A DNA stretch of 63,985 nucleotides, filler included, from Sluysia triapertura (lineage: Eukaryota): the NCBI GenBank assembly GCA_046118255.1. It is 5 parts of 5 records of this genome, joined end to end, with 100 filler letters (N's around TTAATTAATTAA, not from the genome) between each part and the next. Parts side by side here need not be neighbours in the genome. Positions count along the whole stretch, not along the records: positions 12,536 to 28,588 come from JBJNIA010211810.1; 4 more parts are not named here. One strand, given 5' to 3'. A program made the position numbers and the translations under genes. Positions 13,811 to 26,782 of this stretch are shown here, piece by piece; within the stretch, counting starts at the first letter, position 1; every line of letters begins with the position of its first letter. Under the pieces are notes generated by a model, which searched no databases, was not told where the DNA came from, and saw nothing but the letters and a program-made list of their open reading frames with translations.

Positions 13811-14503
13811 ATGCATTTTTATGACAAATCAATTAAAGTCAATGCTGATAATGTTGTCAACGAGCAATTACAAAATATTCAAAGACTTTTAAGAGCTAGT
13901 GTGGAAATAAAATTTAGTAAAAACACTGATGAAATTAGTAGTAAGTGATCTGATGGAGGCTGATTGTATGACAATGGTTCCTCATTTTCATAGAAGTGTA
14001 GAGATTATTTTTATGAATGGAGATTTGTGTGTTACATCTGAAGTTATACGTAGTCAAAATGATCATGCTCTAGCCAGAGTCGATGCAATTGCACCAAAGC
14101 TACTTAATATAATATATAAAATAAGTGAAATAAAGATGGACACCGAACCAAATCTATCAAGTGAACAATTCAAAATGCCAGTTAATGAAAGAAAGCAATA
14201 TGACAAATCAGTAACTTTCAATGCCGATAATGTTACAGTGAGAAATTACAAAATATTCAAAAACCTTTAAGAGTAGTAAATGATCTAAAGAATGATGGTT
14301 GTATGTAAATGGTTCCTTATCTTTGTGAAAATGTTGAAATTATAATTACAAATGGAGATTTGTGTGACATAAATGATGCAATGGTACCAAAGCTAATTAA
14401 TACAACATGTAATGCAAGTGAAATTAAACTACTAGAAGGTGCCAAATTGAAACTGTCATTTGTCACACCGTATCTGATCAGATTGCAAAAAAGATCAAAG
14501 TAA
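13811..14503 (+). pseudogene. RPLP0: Tandem pair of degenerate uL10 (60S acidic ribosomal protein P0) N-terminal domains
   Basis: Copy 1 reads YDKSIKVNADNVVNEQLQNIQRLLRASVEIKFSKNT/MK...MVPHFHRSVEIIFMNGDL...HALARVDAIAP. This aligns with P0 [39 protein letters not shown]...LLPHIRGNVGFVFTKEDL...AAARAGAIAP. Copy 2 starts at 14199. Both carry frameshifts, deletions or stops. Confidence 0.8.
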
Positions 14504-15312
14504 GAGTGGTCATTAATTCTATTTTTTGTGATTTGATCTCTTATACTATTAAATGTTATGTCTATAAAACCTTTATGTATTATCTTTGTTTGTTTTCATC
14601 CTCCCTAATTTATGGGGTAACACCGTTGGAAATTCTAATTCCTCAAAATTTAAATTTTATAACTGTCATTTAATAAATAATCAAATAAATGATAAGTCCG
14701 TAATATTAACCTATAACATATCACTAAATAAATGTTTCATAATTATTATTCAATAACATATTATCTCCAAAATAATCATCTTCGGATTCTGGTGTTAGAA
14801 TTATCAATTAATATACGAAACAAGGACATCGAAAATAGAATAAACTTCTTATAAATACATAAACATTTCTCATCTAATTGGAAATAGTTTATTTCCACAC
14901 CATGAAATTCTCATAATAGAATTTCATTGTATAGTAGATTGTCCAAAATTATAATAGGTAATTAAATTAGCTTATCGTAGAAGTAAGACCTGAACTCTTC
15001 TCTGATGATAACTCTGTTTCTATATTCAAATCTCTATTCTCAAAAACAAATTAAAAGCAACTTAATTTTTAATTTTAGTAGAATTTATTTTAATTAATCC
15101 AAATTTTAGTTATTGTACCTAGAATTTATTATGAATTAACAATTAACTATCAACTAACAATTTAACCAAATAATCAAACTTAAAATAGTAAAAATTGTAT
15201 CAACAATTTATAGTAAATTAAGTATAGAAACAATTATATTAATTGATTTGTACAATTTTGAAAGACAAATGTTTTCCAATAATTTGTAATTAGCAATTTT
15301 TAATAGTCAAAT

Positions 15313-15600
15313 GAATAATAATAATGATAATAATAATTATAAAAATAGTAAAACTAATAGTAATAATAATAGCAAAACTAATAATAAAACTAATAGTAAT
15401 AATAATAATAGTAATAATAATAATAATAATAATAATGATAATAATAATTATAATAATAGTAAAACTAATAGTAATAATAATAATAGCAAAAAACTAATAA
15501 TAAAACTAATAGTAATAATAATAGTAATAATAATAATAATAATGATAATAATAATAATAATGATAATAATAATAATAATGATAATAATAATAATAATTAT
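15313..15600. repeat. Compound (AAT)n microsatellite with an internal higher-order duplication
   Basis: The block agtaaaactaatagtaataataat...aactaataataaaactaatag occurs twice within the AAT array. Confidence 0.9.
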
Positions 15601-16369
15601 CATAAATAAGTGTCATAAGTGTCATCAAATAATCAGCATTATAATCATTATAGTCACTAAGTAGTGACCTAGTAGTTTCCAATGAAATGTGAATTGGCCA
15701 TAACTTCATTTGTTGATGCCAGACTTAAAATAATACATAAAATGACGATGAACAAACCAACGTAATACAAATCATTTAGTACGTCATATTCAAAGTTTAA
15801 TTAAGCACTAGTAATAATAATCACGGTAAAAACAATAACAATCATTTAGTTAAAAATAATGTTCAGCTCGGTAATTCTGAATTTTATAAACAAAAATGTC
15901 TGCAAAATAAATCGAATGTCCAAGATGTTACTTAAAGTAGATGTATCACACACTAATCACAGTCAAGGTTATTGATAAAGATTTACAAAGTTGTAAAGGA
16001 ACATTGAATGAAACTAGATGTAACATTCATTATCCAGATTCTAGCTTAACAATGAAAGCGTCAAGCGAAACTTTATATTCTGATTCTTCCGCAGCATCAT
16101 TGTTAGAGATGTTTAGATTCGTTGTTTCATTTAGTATCATATTTAATCTTAACCTCTACATTATTTCTACTATAGTTCTCAAATTGTTTACAATTATTCT
16201 ATTCAAATCAACTTTATAATAATCCATACCTTTTGGGAGCAGTATTTTAACATTTAGATTGGTGAGAATCAGGCTTACCCTAAACCAAAAATAAAACGAT
16301 CCAACATTTAACGAATAAATTTCAACAAATAAATAAAAATAGCCAACATAAAAATATGAAAGTTCTTCG

Positions 16370-16880
<511 letters not shown>

Positions 16881-16890
16881 AATTTTTTAT

Positions 16891-17087
16891 TTAACCACTT
16901 GCCATATACTGACAATTGATATGTAGGATTGTATATTGAATGTTTCAAAATATATCATACTAAAACTACTTATTGAGTAAATTTATTTTAATTAATTATT
17001 TGTATTAATAAATGTAGTCCAATAAAAATACAAAGGTGACAATTTTTTAACACTTTCCTCAAAAACATTCGACTGTTAAGTGGTTAA
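16891..17087. mobile_element. TTAA-flanked MITE
   Basis: TTAACCACTT ... AAGTGGTTAA perfect inverted ends, sitting at the 5' break of the kinase fragment. Confidence 0.5.
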
Positions 17088-18527
17088 GAAAAAATATGTT
17101 TGAACCTTGTTTTGACAAAACAATCAAAAAAACAGTCAAAATTTTAATTGTTTTATTATCTTTATCAGCACAATAATTGCCTTTACATAAATTCACGAAA
17201 TCGCAAAATGATAAATATCAATAAAACACCCACGCTCGAATTATTTCGAGTGTGTGCAGTATGGCTTGTTTAGCGCGCTCGAATTAAGGGTTTAAACTAA
17301 TTAATCATTTCTGCATGATTTTTTCTTTATAAAAACTTCATGAAATTTTCTTTTTAAAAAACTTATCAAACTTCTTTTTGAAATTCTTGAGAGCCGCTTT
17401 AACAAGTGCAATTTGAAGGACCAATCAAATTTAATACCTATGACTTATGATATTATATTTTAAAAACTTTCTGCTGCACAATGACAATAAAAATAATAAA
17501 ATATGTATATTATGTTTGTTTTGTTGAATAATGTAAAAGTACAATTTGGAAAACTTAAAAAATTCATTATTTTCTGACATAATTTTGCCCAACATTTTAA
17601 ATTCATAATCATGAAACATGAATGGTCTATAATCAATCATTGATTATAACTACGTAATATGTATAAATCATTATTCTAGAAGACATTTGTTTTCTCTTAA
17701 AGATATTCAGAACTTCCATAGAATAAGTTATTCTCATAATTTTGTATTCTATTATTTATTTTATTGATAATCAGTGTAATTCTTTAAAATATTTACTTTT
17801 TGTTTGACAAATTATTCAGTATTATTTCCAACATGCTTTCTTATTCAGTATATTATTGAGTGTATTAAAATATTTATTATTAGTTATCAACAAATACACA
17901 ATGAGATCTATCGTATATTTATTAATAAATTTTCAAATAGTTGATATTCTTTTTAATTTGTATTTACACTTTTTGACAATACAATTAATATTTTTGTCCA
18001 AGTACATTTTGGAATTCTTGTAGCACCATATATTTTGTAGTTTTAGTTTCATACTTTGTTAAATCAATTTTTGAGATTCATTCTACAATAACTACTCTAT
18101 AGCTAATTTTCTTTACAATTTAATCTATTCTATGATCAATTTCTGTCCATATTGACCATAATAAATAATAGTTATATAGTGTGTTATAATTCATATGTAC
18201 ATTCATATACATTTATTTTCTAGTTATTTATTTTTCGTTTATAGATTTGTTTAAAAATTAAATTTTAATCTTGCTGTCANNNNNNNNNNNNNNNNNNNNN
18301 NNNNNNNNNNNNNNNNNNNNNNNNNNNNNNNNNNNNNNNNNNNNNNNNNNNNNNNNNNNNNNNNNNNNNNNNNNNNNNNNNNNNNNNNNNNNNNNNNNNN
18401 NNNNNNNNNNNNNNNNNNNNNNNNNNNNNNNNNNNNNNNNNNNNNNNNNNNNNNNNNNNNNNNNNNNNNNNNNNNNNNNNNNNNNNNNNNNNNNTATATT
18501 TATTATCATTAATTATTTATGTTTTAG

Positions 18528-18835
18528 GAAATAAGTCAGATCCTTACATTGTAAGGTATAAATTGTGGGCAGAACGCGGTGCAAAATGTCATGGTATATT
18601 TCAACGTTTAATATGTATATTTTCAATGAAAGATGTACCTGATATAATCGATATTAAAAATAAAAATTTATTCGCAAATAAATTTGTGATAGGAATTAAC
18701 GAAAACGTATTAGAATTTATGGAACAATGGTTTTATAATAGAACTAAAATCGTTTATGCTAACACTACTGCCAACCCCTTTATCGATTTAAATTTTTATC
18801 GTAACCTAGACATAGTTAAAAATCATTATAAGTAA
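18528..18835 (+). CDS. Terminal exon of a GT14 core-2/I-branching beta-1,6-N-acetylglucosaminyltransferase (GCNT-like)
   Basis: ttttag acceptor, then RYKLW...CHGIFQRLICIFSMKDVP...LFANKF...WFYNR...FYRNL*. This matches the GCNT C-terminal RxxxW..CxG...RxxCxxGxxDL...LFANKF pattern. I did not find the upstream exons; a gap lies just 5'. Confidence 0.8.
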
Positions 18836-21800
18836 CTATTGTTTTTGTATTATATTACTTATTTGTTTTTGAGAAAATAAATTTAAAAAAAGTATTATTA
18901 ATTATTATTATTATTATTAATTATTATTTGTGTACCTACCTCCACATTACGAATATCTACGTTTAACAAGTACACATTATGTTTTATTTATGTAATTATT
19001 ATGAAAATAATCGGTATTATATTTGGTATAATAATAAAACGTTTTCGGTTTCTATTTTTAATAATTTGAAATGTTATGTTTGTACATCGTTTTAGAAAAA
19101 AATGTTAATTATGATTATTTTATGAATTATAGATTAATTTTATTAATTATTCTATGGAGAAAATAAATAATTTTAATAGAATAATATATATATATATCTA
19201 CATTTCTACAAAAAAGATGTACTAATTTAAAATTATTAAACGGAAACTGAAGAGATTCTAATTAATGACAAATAAAAATTAAAATATTGTTAATACTAGA
19301 TATTTACACAACGTATATAACTATTTTTACTATATTAAAGCTTAAAGTTTACAATTATTATTAAAATAACTATGAAATATTTTTCTGAAAGTTTTTTTTC
19401 TTTTTTTTGTTTATAAAGGTGCTTATAATAAAAGTTATGTTTTTTTTATTTATATGTTTTAAAATAAAAAAAAATAAATTATTAAAAAAAGATTGATTTT
19501 GCTAATATTTTTCTGTGAATAATCTTCCATATTTTCTGTTTCCAAAAATTGAAGCTAACATTACTTAGTAAAACCTTAAATGATCTCTAAACGAATAAAA
19601 ATATAGAAATAAGGTCTTGCCAGTAGTTTAAATTATGTGGTGATAAATCTTTATCTTCACAAGATATCAGTTACTTAAAAGTTTTATTTAAAAAGAGATG
19701 ACACTAAAATATAAGGTTTTATTAACATAATGTTTCTCTAAACTGCAAAAAATAAAAGAAAAGTTTTATCCGGAAATGTTTTGAAAACCTTATAGTAATT
19801 TTACGTAACTACGTAAAATAAAAATTAAAAGAATATTTTTGTTAATTTATCAAACTTATTTTATGTAATAATCAAATATATTTTTATTTTTTAAATATAA
19901 TTAAAAGCCCTTAATTGTTTTTTAATTTAATAATAATAATAATAATAATAAAAGTAGAATAAAAGCTTTATTTGCACAAGTATGACTAGTTTAAAAGATT
20001 ATTTATAATATTATTAAATAAATTAATTATTTAATATGGTGACTATTACAAAATAGCTAGTGACAAATTTAAAGCCAGATCATCTGTAATTATTAACTGT
20101 TATACTAAATACAATAAATGAAGTATCTTTGCGTTTTTTTCAGTATAATTTAAGATCGTCCATGTTACTATAATTGATAGTAATTTGAAATAATATTAAT
20201 CAAAATATATTAAACTATAAATAATAATAAAAAGAAATTTAANNNNNNNNNNNNNNNNNNNNNNNNNNNNNNNNNNNNNNNNNNNNNNNNNNNNNNNNNN
20301 NNNNNNNNNNNNNNNNNNNNNNNNNNNNNNNNNNNNNNNNNNNNNNNNNNNNNNNNNNNNNNNNNNNNNNNNNNACTTAAAAGCGTTCATTTGTCAATAT
20401 TTTTGAAATAGAAAACAAATTCCCTTTATAATTCTCATTGTACTTTATGATTTGTTATTAACTGATAACTAATTGTAGATTGTTGAAAGGTTTACAACTT
20501 ATTGTTATGCTTTTGTATTCTGCATTGTTATTTTGTATCTTTGTTAAGTTTTTATTCGTATTTTGTATTATTCTGTTTAATGGTGCTGTATTTATGTTTC
20601 TACTTTGTAATTTACACATCGTAAATAACGATTTGTTGTCATTAGTACAATTTATTATCCCGTTAGGTATTTTTACTTCACTATTATTACACATAGAACT
20701 AGCTATTCTTATGTTCATCTTTTCTTGATTGATCTTTGATTCTGTAAATATTATTCGTTCACGCAGGCATAATATACTTACTTATACTTAATAACCATAA
20801 AGGTTCATCTAAAATTATGTCGTCATTGTCTATTGTTCTCTTAAAGTAATTATGCATTAAATTTGTTTCATCAAAAGTCGAATATTGTGATATAATATTC
20901 ATTCCCAATAACATGATTCTTAGTTTAACAAATTTATTACATTACATCAACTATATTTATTGCGCTTTATGTCATTAGCCCCTCTAGATGAGATAAATAA
21001 TCTGCAAGACCTTTTAATTCATTATCACTACAAATGTGGAAATTATTCGTCTTTTTGTAAAGATGTTAGCCATTAGCTTATTTGCACCATTATAGTTTTA
21101 ATTAGCACAAATTGTCATATAAACTCTACATTGTGATGGTGATGTTCTTCTTCATCTTTGTCTTCGTTTTCTTTATTTTCGTATTTCTGTATTGTTTGTA
21201 GAGCTAATATATTTATTTTTGAGTTTGCATGGTCATAAATGTAAAACAACCAATTACTAATTTTCACATGAACCATGAAATATTATAAATATATTTAACC
21301 GAAAATACTCGAAATATTATAAATCATGTTACCTTGATTATTATATAAACACCATTTGGCCCAAAAATTGTCCTCAAACCAAAAAAACTACCCAGTATTT
21401 GTTTTAATGTATTTCATGCGGCTTTTTGAAAGTGGCAGGGGCTAATAACATTTCAAAATTTATTTGACCATCTTTTCCTACAATTGTTTTATCAAGTATA
21501 TTTATTAATACTTTTGATCTTTTTATGGGAAACAAGATTTCTCGCCATGCGTCTTGATGGCATCATCTGTATAAATCCCTGAATGTGGTATGTTTTTTGG
21601 CTATGCATTTTAGTTTAACGTGTAATTATATTAAATCTATAACTTCAGATCTCTTAACTTGATATCTATGCGGTACATAAATCCATAAATTATTTTACTT
21701 ATACGTTATACGTGACTTATATATTCTGTTTGAATGGTGTATGGGTTGTGGCTTAATTTTGTTACTCGGAAATATTATTCGAATTACTGGTTTCAAGTAG

Positions 21801-22194
21801 GTTTGAATTTTACGTATGTTGTGTCTTTTAATACTGTTATTTTCCAAAATTATTAAATTAAAACTCAATAATTAAATAAATTCAAAATCTCAATATATTC
21901 TCCACGTTATCGCAAGATTACAACTAAAATATTCTTTTAACAAATTATTCTTTATAACAGTATAAAATATTAACCAAGGGTGACACAACTTACTTAAATT
22001 TTCGCACCCGTATTAATACAAAATATATTCATTATAAATCACTAACTGTAGATCCTCTAACTCTAAATCAATTATTAAAGAATAAGCCTTTATGTCACCG
22101 TTAACCACAAATGAATTAAGACAGCGTCCCTCAGCTAGAAAGTTTTGTTATCTTAACTCTAAGTAAAAGTATAACTGCTTATATATCAGTTTTA

Positions 22195-22505
22195 TGTTGC
22201 TGTAGAAAATTAAAATTAGAAATTGAACAAGAGGGAAATTAAAGCCGTCTATTCTCTTTTAGTCGGTAATAAGCCAACTAATTTTACTGAGTGAATTTCG
22301 ACAGCAATTTTCGTCTGTGTTCAAATTCATTCTCATTTTAATTATCTAAAGATAATAGTATTTATGGTAAACAATCTCCTTATCTTTTCAAAATCATCTA
22401 ATTAAAATTTAAAATCATTGTTACAGTGCTTACTTTTATTTATTTTCATTTATTTTAAATTCTCTTTTAACTTATTATTTATACACTAATTGGGCAATTG
22501 CAACA
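22195..22505. mobile_element. Possible solo-LTR relic
   Basis: TGTTGC...GCAACA termini. The last ~55 bp are similar to 37628-37686. No clean TSD. Confidence 0.35.
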
Positions 22506-24233
22506 ATGTATCTAACGGTAAATACAATCCATCTAAATAATAAATAAAATCATGTAGATAAAAGTAAAAATATCATTCATTTAATAAAAGAAATGATTTA
22601 AGTAATATACAAAATATTGTAATATTAGTCGAAATAAACAACAAATAATGAAAGAATATCTATTGTGGAAATATTATTGTTTTAAGTAATACTATTGTTT
22701 AAAATTTTAATAATTAATATCAAATTGAAAAAATAATTGAAGTTTAAGTTATCAGCTAATCAGTAATTTAAAGAACAATTGAAATTTCAACAATGAAATT
22801 ATAGATATATTTCAGGATTTTGATATTAAAAATAGGGCTTTATTTATATTGCTTTAATTGCTTATCTTTGATTTAAATATAAAGCCAGTTTATGGCTTGG
22901 CGAAACTATGAATGCATATTTAAATGGTGATTGAGCCAAAATCAAACACAAAAAGAATATTGTGAATTCTATAACAGAAATAACAAATCTAACAACGTTC
23001 TAGAACAATTGTTTGTAATTGTTTTATGCAATATCGTTTAATTCGTTGTTAAAGAATTATGCGACCTATTGATTATACGCGTCTTAAGCATTAATAAAAA
23101 TCCGAAATATTTGAATAGATTTGTGGTGCTTTTTACTAACACATCTAACTATTTCATTATTATAATGCTTAACGAATTTAGTCAAGAAATTCTTGATTTT
23201 TTTTGTAATCACAATTAAACCTTATGCACGACAATTCGTCATTAATTAACATTACAGATGTCGCAGAATAGTTTGTTTGGTTATTATCTATTGAATCATA
23301 GTTATTGTTTCCTTATAAATGCAATACTGAATTAAGTTTTAACGCTATCAACTAAAACGATGCGCTACTAAACAAGATTCACAAATCATTAATTAATTTT
23401 AATTATTTTTTCGTATTATAAAATAATAATACTAATATGATGCAGAAACATTTGATAATAATCGGAATAACATTTCTTGATTTATATTGTTTTTAATTTA
23501 TTAATATAATTCATTGTCTTTGTGAAGCGTTTTTAATGACAATAAAAAAATAAAATAAAATAAAAATTACAAAATTTACAATTTTAAACTTATTTTCAGA
23601 ATAAGAGATTACAATTAGCACGAATAGAATACAATTAAATTTTACAATTAAGACTGTAAGAGTCTAATTGTTTTCTGTAATATTTAAGTGTAGTTCAAAA
23701 TACTATTAATATTGCATTACAAAAACAGCTTATATTACACTTGCTTTGCAATGAGAAAAGCTGGTTCTGATAGATTTTTACTACTAAATTTGGATAACAC
23801 TGAAACTTACGATAAATTACCATCTGAAAAATAAACAATGTAGCGTTAAAAACAGTGATAAGAGAATTTTCATTTTTCGAAAAATAATCTTTTTTGGATA
23901 ATCCGAAGATGATACATTTGAATAAGTTACATCCTTAGATGTCAAAGATAATTACCACTCAAAATACCGTTAAATTAACTTTCCTGAGGAAATTAAAATG
24001 TAGCATACACTAATTTAATAGTGATAATATTTCATGTGCAAGAACAATTATTAAAACATTTCAAAACTTACACATTTACGAAGGAGCTAACGTTCTAAAA
24101 ATTCACAAAAATATTACCAAAATTGCATACAATATATAATAGTGACGATAAAACTTAAGCAAGAATTCACTAAAGGGCCAATACATAGATTTGCAGCGTC
24201 AATAAAAGAATGTAGAATTGGAAGTTTATTGTC

Positions 24234-24647
24234 GGTTATACGTTTTACTTAAATATTCGTAGTTTCCTAATAAAGAATTTGATATAACTTGTTTTATTAC
24301 AATAATAAGAAGAAAAAATGTAATATAATTATTTATTAAAAACACAAAATGTCAAATCGAATACACAAAAATATTTTAGTATTGGTTTATAGAAAAATTG
24401 TCAAACTTAATAATGTTAGTGCTTATAAAACGTTAAATCAAATACACAAAAATTATATATTACAATATTAAATTTAACACATTATGAGCGGGGCGGGTAT
24501 TATTACCTGTTTTATGTACTGTCACTTAAGAATACCCGCTCATAATGTGTTAATACAAAAATGTCAATGTTATACTTGTTAAATACTTATTATAATCATA
24601 CAAAATATTACATAGAAATTAAGTACTCGTTCAATGTTTATACTATT
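24234..24647 (+). pseudogene. Decayed 5' exons of the vasohibin-like gene
   Basis: Three peptides occur in the correct order: GYTFYLNIRSFLIKNLI* (cf. GVPFFVNRGGLPVDEATW), TLNQIHKNYILQ (cf. RLEAVQRYIRELQ) and YNHTKYYIEIKYS (cf. YNHTGTQFFEIKKS). They contain stops and the splice phases are unclear. Confidence 0.55.
24474..24553. mobile_element. Micro-MITE, 72 bp between TTAA target duplications
   Basis: TTAA-cacattatgagcggg(gcggg)tatt ... aatacccgctcataatgtg-TTAA. Confidence 0.85.
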
Positions 24648-26782
24648 GTAATCAGGATAAATATTTAATAATATTAGTATTTTGTTATCAAAATTTTACA
24701 AACTAAATTTATATGGTAGATAAACTTGACTGAATTTTAATTTGATTTTAAGTAGAGTTTATGTTATTTATTTAAAGTCAACTTAACAAAATAAAAACTA
24801 ACGATTAGTTTAAAACTTCAAAATATTTATTTGATTCCAGCGAGACTCAAATTAATAATTTCTAGTTAAATTCAGTATAATCGAATCAAAATATCTATCT
24901 GTTGTCAAAATAATTTCTTGAAAAATTGATACAGTTAGTAAATTTAAAACAATGTATTCAATCAAAATATAAACTTTATTCTATTGTCGTTGTTATAGTT
25001 GTGAAGTCTTAAACGAAATCTAATTGTTTTTATAGTATTTCTCGTTATTATGTATTATTGTAAACAAATGATAAACAATGATATAAGTTTTTTTACATAA
25101 TAATAATATTTTTTAAACAATTATAATAATTTTGTTTTTTAAAATATTTCGATTTAAATAATAATTTCGATTTAAATAATAATTTCGATTTAATTTAATA
25201 ATTATTATTTATTACATGAAATTACATTTTTATTACATGTTGAAATTGAAATTATACACTTACAAATACCTTTGTGTGATCCAGATGCATGGCTTAAGAT
25301 TGCTACATGATTGGTTATGTAATAGTGTATCTAAACAGCGATAATCATAGTAATAATAGAATCATCAAGATAAGTAATGCGTAATATTATGTATCATATT
25401 TTTGTATAAAATGCGTGTCTGGTTGATAGCAGACCATAACAGATGTTGCAATGACACATGACTCATGTTTCTGGTTAACTAACCATTAAAATCGATTTCG
25501 ACTCCTTAAATTACATTACTCATAGACTCTGTCAACCAAAAAATCACTTCCAAATTTAATATAATACCACATACACTCTAACGAAAACTAATACACTGCA
25601 ATCAACCAATGTGTCCGCGCTAAATTACAAATCAACATATGTTTAGCGCATATATTCATCTATCTTAGTTTCCGAAAATATACAGGGAGTGTCCCATTTT
25701 TATCGAAAAACAAAGTTGTAAAGTAGAGAATTGCTAAATATATACAAAAAACATGAAAACCGATCTTCGTCGTCCTCTGTAATGTCTTGCAAGTCACACT
25801 GGATTCCAAAGTTTATGCAGAGTTTTCATTATTTACGTCATTCTTATGGATATTGTGCGGCAAAGGAGAAATGAATCAAAATCAAAATCTTGTTATAGTC
25901 AGTCACAGTCAGAAAGTGAACCAGAATGCTTTTACAATGAAAGTATCTCAGAATATATTGTAATTTAAAGCTAATTGTGCTCTTTAAATACGGAAGTAAA
26001 TGCTAAAGAATGCATTTAATGCCGTCTCAAGCCATTCATTAACTTTTATTAGGTGTATTCTAATCGACTATCAACCAGGGCTTATTTTCGGGCTTGGTCT
26101 TAAATTAAAATCATCCTGAAACACGGTATTACTGGTGTTGAGTTAATTTATTCATTATTCAAACAGTAGATGCAACTTTAATTGAGCATGAGAAATGTTT
26201 TATGTTTGTATTTTATCTCCTATGTGCAAAAGCACGTCTTTCAATGGCTGAAATATTAAATTTTTGTAATTATCCAATTTTATTGGCCAATTTTACTATG
26301 AAATGTTTATTAAAAAAACGGACATATTGATAATGTTTTGAATTTATTTTAGATACAATTATACTGGAACTCAATTCTTCAAAGTGGAAAAACTGCGATC
26401 AATTAATGAGTAATATTTGTTTTGAAATAATATTTGAAAAACGCCGTTTTCATCGAAACATTTATTTTGATTAAGTATCATTAATTGTATTTCATTTTTG
26501 CATTCAATTACGTCGAAAGCCATCCAAGAATAAGCTCTCATTAGGTCCATTTTCGTCAACTCTCAATATGTAATTGAAACACATTGAAATATCATTTGAA
26601 ATTGAGACCAGACCTTTTGAAACTTGGTCTTTCAGTTTGATCTTGAAATCAACCTTCTTATACCTTAATATTCAAACTTAAATGGCGTTCTGTTGAAAGC
26701 CAACTTGTTGACCATCCTTGTTATATATCAACAGACGAAAACAGCGTTTTTACCTTAAACCTTATTTATTATTGCTATTCAG

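Noticed and set aside
15311-15709. Poly-Asn/Ile/Tyr ORFs (also 29797-30140, 53084-53293, 57605-57913)
   Set aside because: These are by-products of (AAT)n microsatellites or N runs.
24234-24320. Stop-codon reassignment as an explanation for the many in-frame stops
   Set aside because: Over 300 CFAP57 codons and the VASH and GT14 exons contain no internal stops, and the relics also carry frameshifts.
25794-25830. HTGFQ as the vasohibin YNHTG exon
   Set aside because: The match at 24591 is better (YNHT..EIK.S) and in the correct order.
26371-26559. hAT-like dimerisation motif DRSFSTLKN
   Set aside because: A single short motif; plausible TE debris but too weak to call.
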